A stretch of DNA of 62,000 nt, from assembly GCA_013239625.1 (NCBI GenBank), contig MU054187.1:9257231-9319230 (forward strand), written 5' to 3'. The position numbers and the translations under genes were made by a program. Numbering within the stretch: the first letter of the stretch is position 1; each line of letters begins with the position of its first letter. The DNA comes from Lama guanicoe (taxonomy: Eukaryota). The notes under the pieces are model-generated. The model ran no database searches, was not told the origin of the DNA, and saw nothing but the letters and a program-made list of their open reading frames with translations. Positions 58,632 through 62,000 of this stretch are shown here, piece by piece.

Positions 58632-61600
58632 TCACTATTCTTTTTAGTACTATAACTATATATATTTATATTCCTAGTAATGCTTGCTTTTGCATTTTTG
58701 AGCTTTAAATGAATAGACTTATACTCAACAATTATCCTTCAACTTCCTTTTTTAAACTCAGCATCACATTTCTGGAATTCATTTGTATTGTGATTGTCTT
58801 TCATTTATTTTCACTGTTGTATAATACTCTTGTGTGAGAACATCCCATAATTTATTTACCCATTCTACTGCTAATGGCTATTTGGGTAGTTTCCACTTTT
58901 TGCCATTACAAACAGCACTGTTATGAATGTTCTTACTATGAATGTCTCCGGGTGAATGAGTGCTAGTTTTCTGGGTATATACATAAGAGTGGAATATCTT
59001 AGTCAAAAGGTATGCATCTACAAGTGATGAGATACCACCAAGTTGTTTCCCAAATTGTTGCACTAAGTTCCGTTAGCTAATGAGAGTTCCTCTTGCTTCA
59101 CATCCTTGCCAATGCTTGACATCACCAGACTGTAAATGTGTGGCAAGCTGGTGGATGGGATATGGTAAACCATGGTGGTTCTAATTTTTATCTTCTTGAT
59201 TACTAGTAAAGTTGAATATCTTTTCATAATCTTACTGGTCATCTGGGTTTTTATTATATCACCTGCTTTTCTCTTTCTGTTTGTTTTTTAATATTTGGGT
59301 ATTGATTATGTTTGTTTAAAATATATTTTCCCAGTTTGTGACTTAGTGTTTGACACTTTATGGTGTCTCTTGATAAGATTCTTAATTTTCATAAAAATGT
59401 CTCATAAAAATTCTTAATTTTAATGTAGTCAAAATGTCAATCTTTGCCTTTATGGTTAGTGATTTTTTTGTTTTGACTAAGAAATCTTTCCCTATCTCAA
59501 GGATATAAAGGTGTTCTCCCATATAGTCTTCTCAAAGTTTGATGGTTTTGCTTTTCACATTTACATGTTTAATAACCTGGGACTGATTTTTGCAAGTGAT
59601 ATGATGTAGGGTTCCAATTTCATTTTTTTTCCATATAGAAAACAAATTGTCTCAGTACACTGATTTCTAGTCTTGGTTTTGACATACATTAAGTTTTAAT
59701 ATATATATGGAACAGTTTCTAGGCTTTCTGTTCTGATCCACTGGTTATCCTGTCTATCTGTATGCAACACTAGGTCCATTTATAACAATTCACAATGCTG
59801 TCTAAGCAAGTCATCCTAATTTGTTCTTTAGGAGAGCCTCACATATTATTTTGCTTTTGCTTTCCCATAATTTTGTGGAAATTATTTTGCTTTTCCATAA
59901 TTTTTCCAAATTTTAGAATAAGCTTTGTCAAGTTCTTCACAAAATTTGTTTAAACAAAATATTTGGGATCTAGATTAGAATTGCAGTGCCTCTGCAGATA
60001 AATTAGGAAGAATTGACATCTTTAAGAATGTGAGTCCTCTAACATGTGACACTGTATACATCTCCATTTATTTAGGTTTCCTTCATTGGTTTTCAGTAAA
60101 GATATATTTTATATATCTTTGGTTACGTTTATTCCAAATACATTATCCATTTTCATATAATTATAAATAAATTATTATGTATTAGTTTTCTACTTGGTTT
60201 TTTGGTATACATAAATGAACTTTTAAAAAATGACTTCAAATCCAAGAAATTAGCTAAACTCTCTATTTCTATTTATCTATAAATTCTTTAGGGTTTCTAT
60301 ATATCAGTTTTATATCATTTGTGAATAGTGATAGTTTTGATTTTTCTTTCCCTTCCCTTATCATTTTTTATCCTATTCCCTGCCTCTCTTTGTTTGTTGA
60401 CACTGCCAGTAAAATGTTGAAGAGAAGATGCTTTCAAGATTGCATCATGATTATGAAGTTCACTGTAGGTTTTTGATCAGGTTAAGAAAGTTGTCTTCTA
60501 TTACTAATTTGGTAGAACAAATACTTTTTCTTCATCAATTGAGATGGTCATGATTTTTCTCCTTTAAATTGTTCATGTGAAGAACTGTATGTTGGTTAAT
60601 GTTGAAACAATCTTAAAATCCTGAAATAAGCCCAATGTTGTCACAATGTATCAAATAATTTACTTTTTGATGAAATGGGTTTGCTAATATTTTGTTTTAG
60701 ATGTTTCTATTTTAATGAGTCATATTGGCCTATAATTTTCCTTTCTCAAATATTCCTTATGGGTTCTATATCAAGAGTATGCCTAATGAAATAAATTAGT
60801 AAGTGTTCCTTTTTAAACTCTTCTTGAAGAGTTTGTATATTACTGGATTTATTTCTTTCTACATAATTTTGTAAAACTTTCTGGGCTAATGTATTTTAGT
60901 ATAAATTTTAAATTATTGATTCAATATATTTAATGTTTATAGGTCATTTAGGTTTCCTTTCTTCTTTAGTAATAAAATTAGTTCTTCAAAATTTCCTCTT
61001 ACTACCTTTCATGCACTACAGTATCTGCATTATTGTCCCATTTTCCATCCCTTATATTGGTTATTTCTGCTTTTTTAGCCATTGTCACCGGTATTTGAAA
61101 TTTTTATTCTTCTCAAAGTTTGGTTTTACTGATTCTCTTGTATATTCTTCCTACTTAATTAATTTCTGTTCTTTATTATTTGTCTTAATTTACTCTGCTG
61201 TTAATTTTCTAACTTAATTTATATACTGCTCAATTTTCAGCCCTTTTTCTTTTCTGATACCAAGTTATTAAGGCTATAAATTTTCCAATAAGTACCAGTT
61301 TGGCTTCATATACACACATATACATATATATGTTCTAATAATCTGAGTTCTAAATGTTTCTAATTGCCATTATGACTTTTTTCTTTAATCTGTAAGTTAG
61401 GCCTATATGTGTCTTAATTTGTAAACCTGTGGGGGTTTTCAGGTTCTTTATTTTTATTCATATCTAACTGAACTGCACTGTGATTAGAGAATGCGGACAG
61501 CATAAAATAACACTTTGAAATGTCTTCAGGCTTGCTTTATAGACTAAAACTTAATCAATTTTACAAATGTTCCACATTGCTTCAAAACAGTACATTTTAC

Positions 61601-61655
61601 ATTTGTTAGGTTCACTGTTCCATGTCTGATCACTAAGTAAAGTTAATTTGTTGTC
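58632..61655 (-). mobile_element. Old, highly degraded L1 (L1MC/ME-like)
   Basis: T-rich antisense ORF2 motifs: catccttgccaatgcttg, gaagaattgacatcttta, tattggcctataattttcctttct, aaggctataaattttcc. Confidence 0.8.
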
Positions 61656-61656
61656 T

Positions 61657-61810
61657 GTTATTAGTATTTCAGGGCTGCTGTAACAAAGCACTACAAACTG
61701 GGTGACTTGAAAACCAGAAATTTACTCTCTTAGAATTCTGGAGGTTAGAAGTCAAAGATCAAGGTGTCACAGGATTGGTTTCCTTAAGGCTTCTCTTCTT
61801 GGCATGCAGA
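61657..61810 (-). mobile_element. MLT1/MaLR LTR fragment
   Basis: agggctgctgtaacaaagcactacaaactgggtgacttgaaaaccagaaattta...tctggaggttagaagtcaaagatcaaggtgtc. Confidence 0.85.
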
Positions 61811-62000
61811 GTTTTGACTTCTCTTCCAACCAGGGCTATATATGCAATTGTCCTGCACAGCTCTGGGAGGTATTTTTCATATAGATATACACAATAGTCT
61901 TTATGACGTGTGGTGGCCCAGTCTTCATCCCCACAAGATGGTGAAAACTAAGGCTCAAGTTTACCAGGTTCAGCAACTGCCTCAAGGTGAAAGACGGGTT

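Noticed and set aside
49343..62000. Search for the final DNAJC5B coding exon (phase 1, expected ...PxxxQPxxANEKTQL-like peptide)
   Set aside because: No matching sequence was seen. The exon most likely lies beyond the window end, so this is not evidence of gene truncation.

Overview
Mammalian (eutherian) genomic DNA, about half of it recognisable interspersed repeat. It carries most of DNAJC5B (cysteine string protein beta) on the + strand. Three coding exons (22323-22441, 45658-45871, 49171-49342) splice in frame through GT-AG junctions into 168 codons: an N-terminal RxRxxS site, a J-domain with intact HPD, a linker and a 12-Cys string. I did not find the final coding exon, so it probably lies beyond 62000. 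A probable non-coding upstream exon at about 16410-16529 holds a strong-Kozak uORF. The rest is intronic or upstream DNA with many L1 fragments, L2, MIR, MaLR/ERVL LTRs, hAT-type MER elements, a TSD-flanked tailless 5S rRNA retropseudogene and a few CTCF-like motifs. The young L1 3' tails, and the absence of Alu, B1/B2, Can-SINE, Bov-A and PRE-1, suggest a cetartiodactyl, probably a camelid (inference). I see no convincing new biological system. The best leads are a CSP2-like truncated isoform potential, the uORF, the tailless 5S insertion, an L1 with an in-frame EN-RT deletion and a captured 75-bp insert, and an antisense ORF in an L1 5'UTR. Repeat family names come from recalled consensus sequences, not a database search, and repeat boundaries are approximate.
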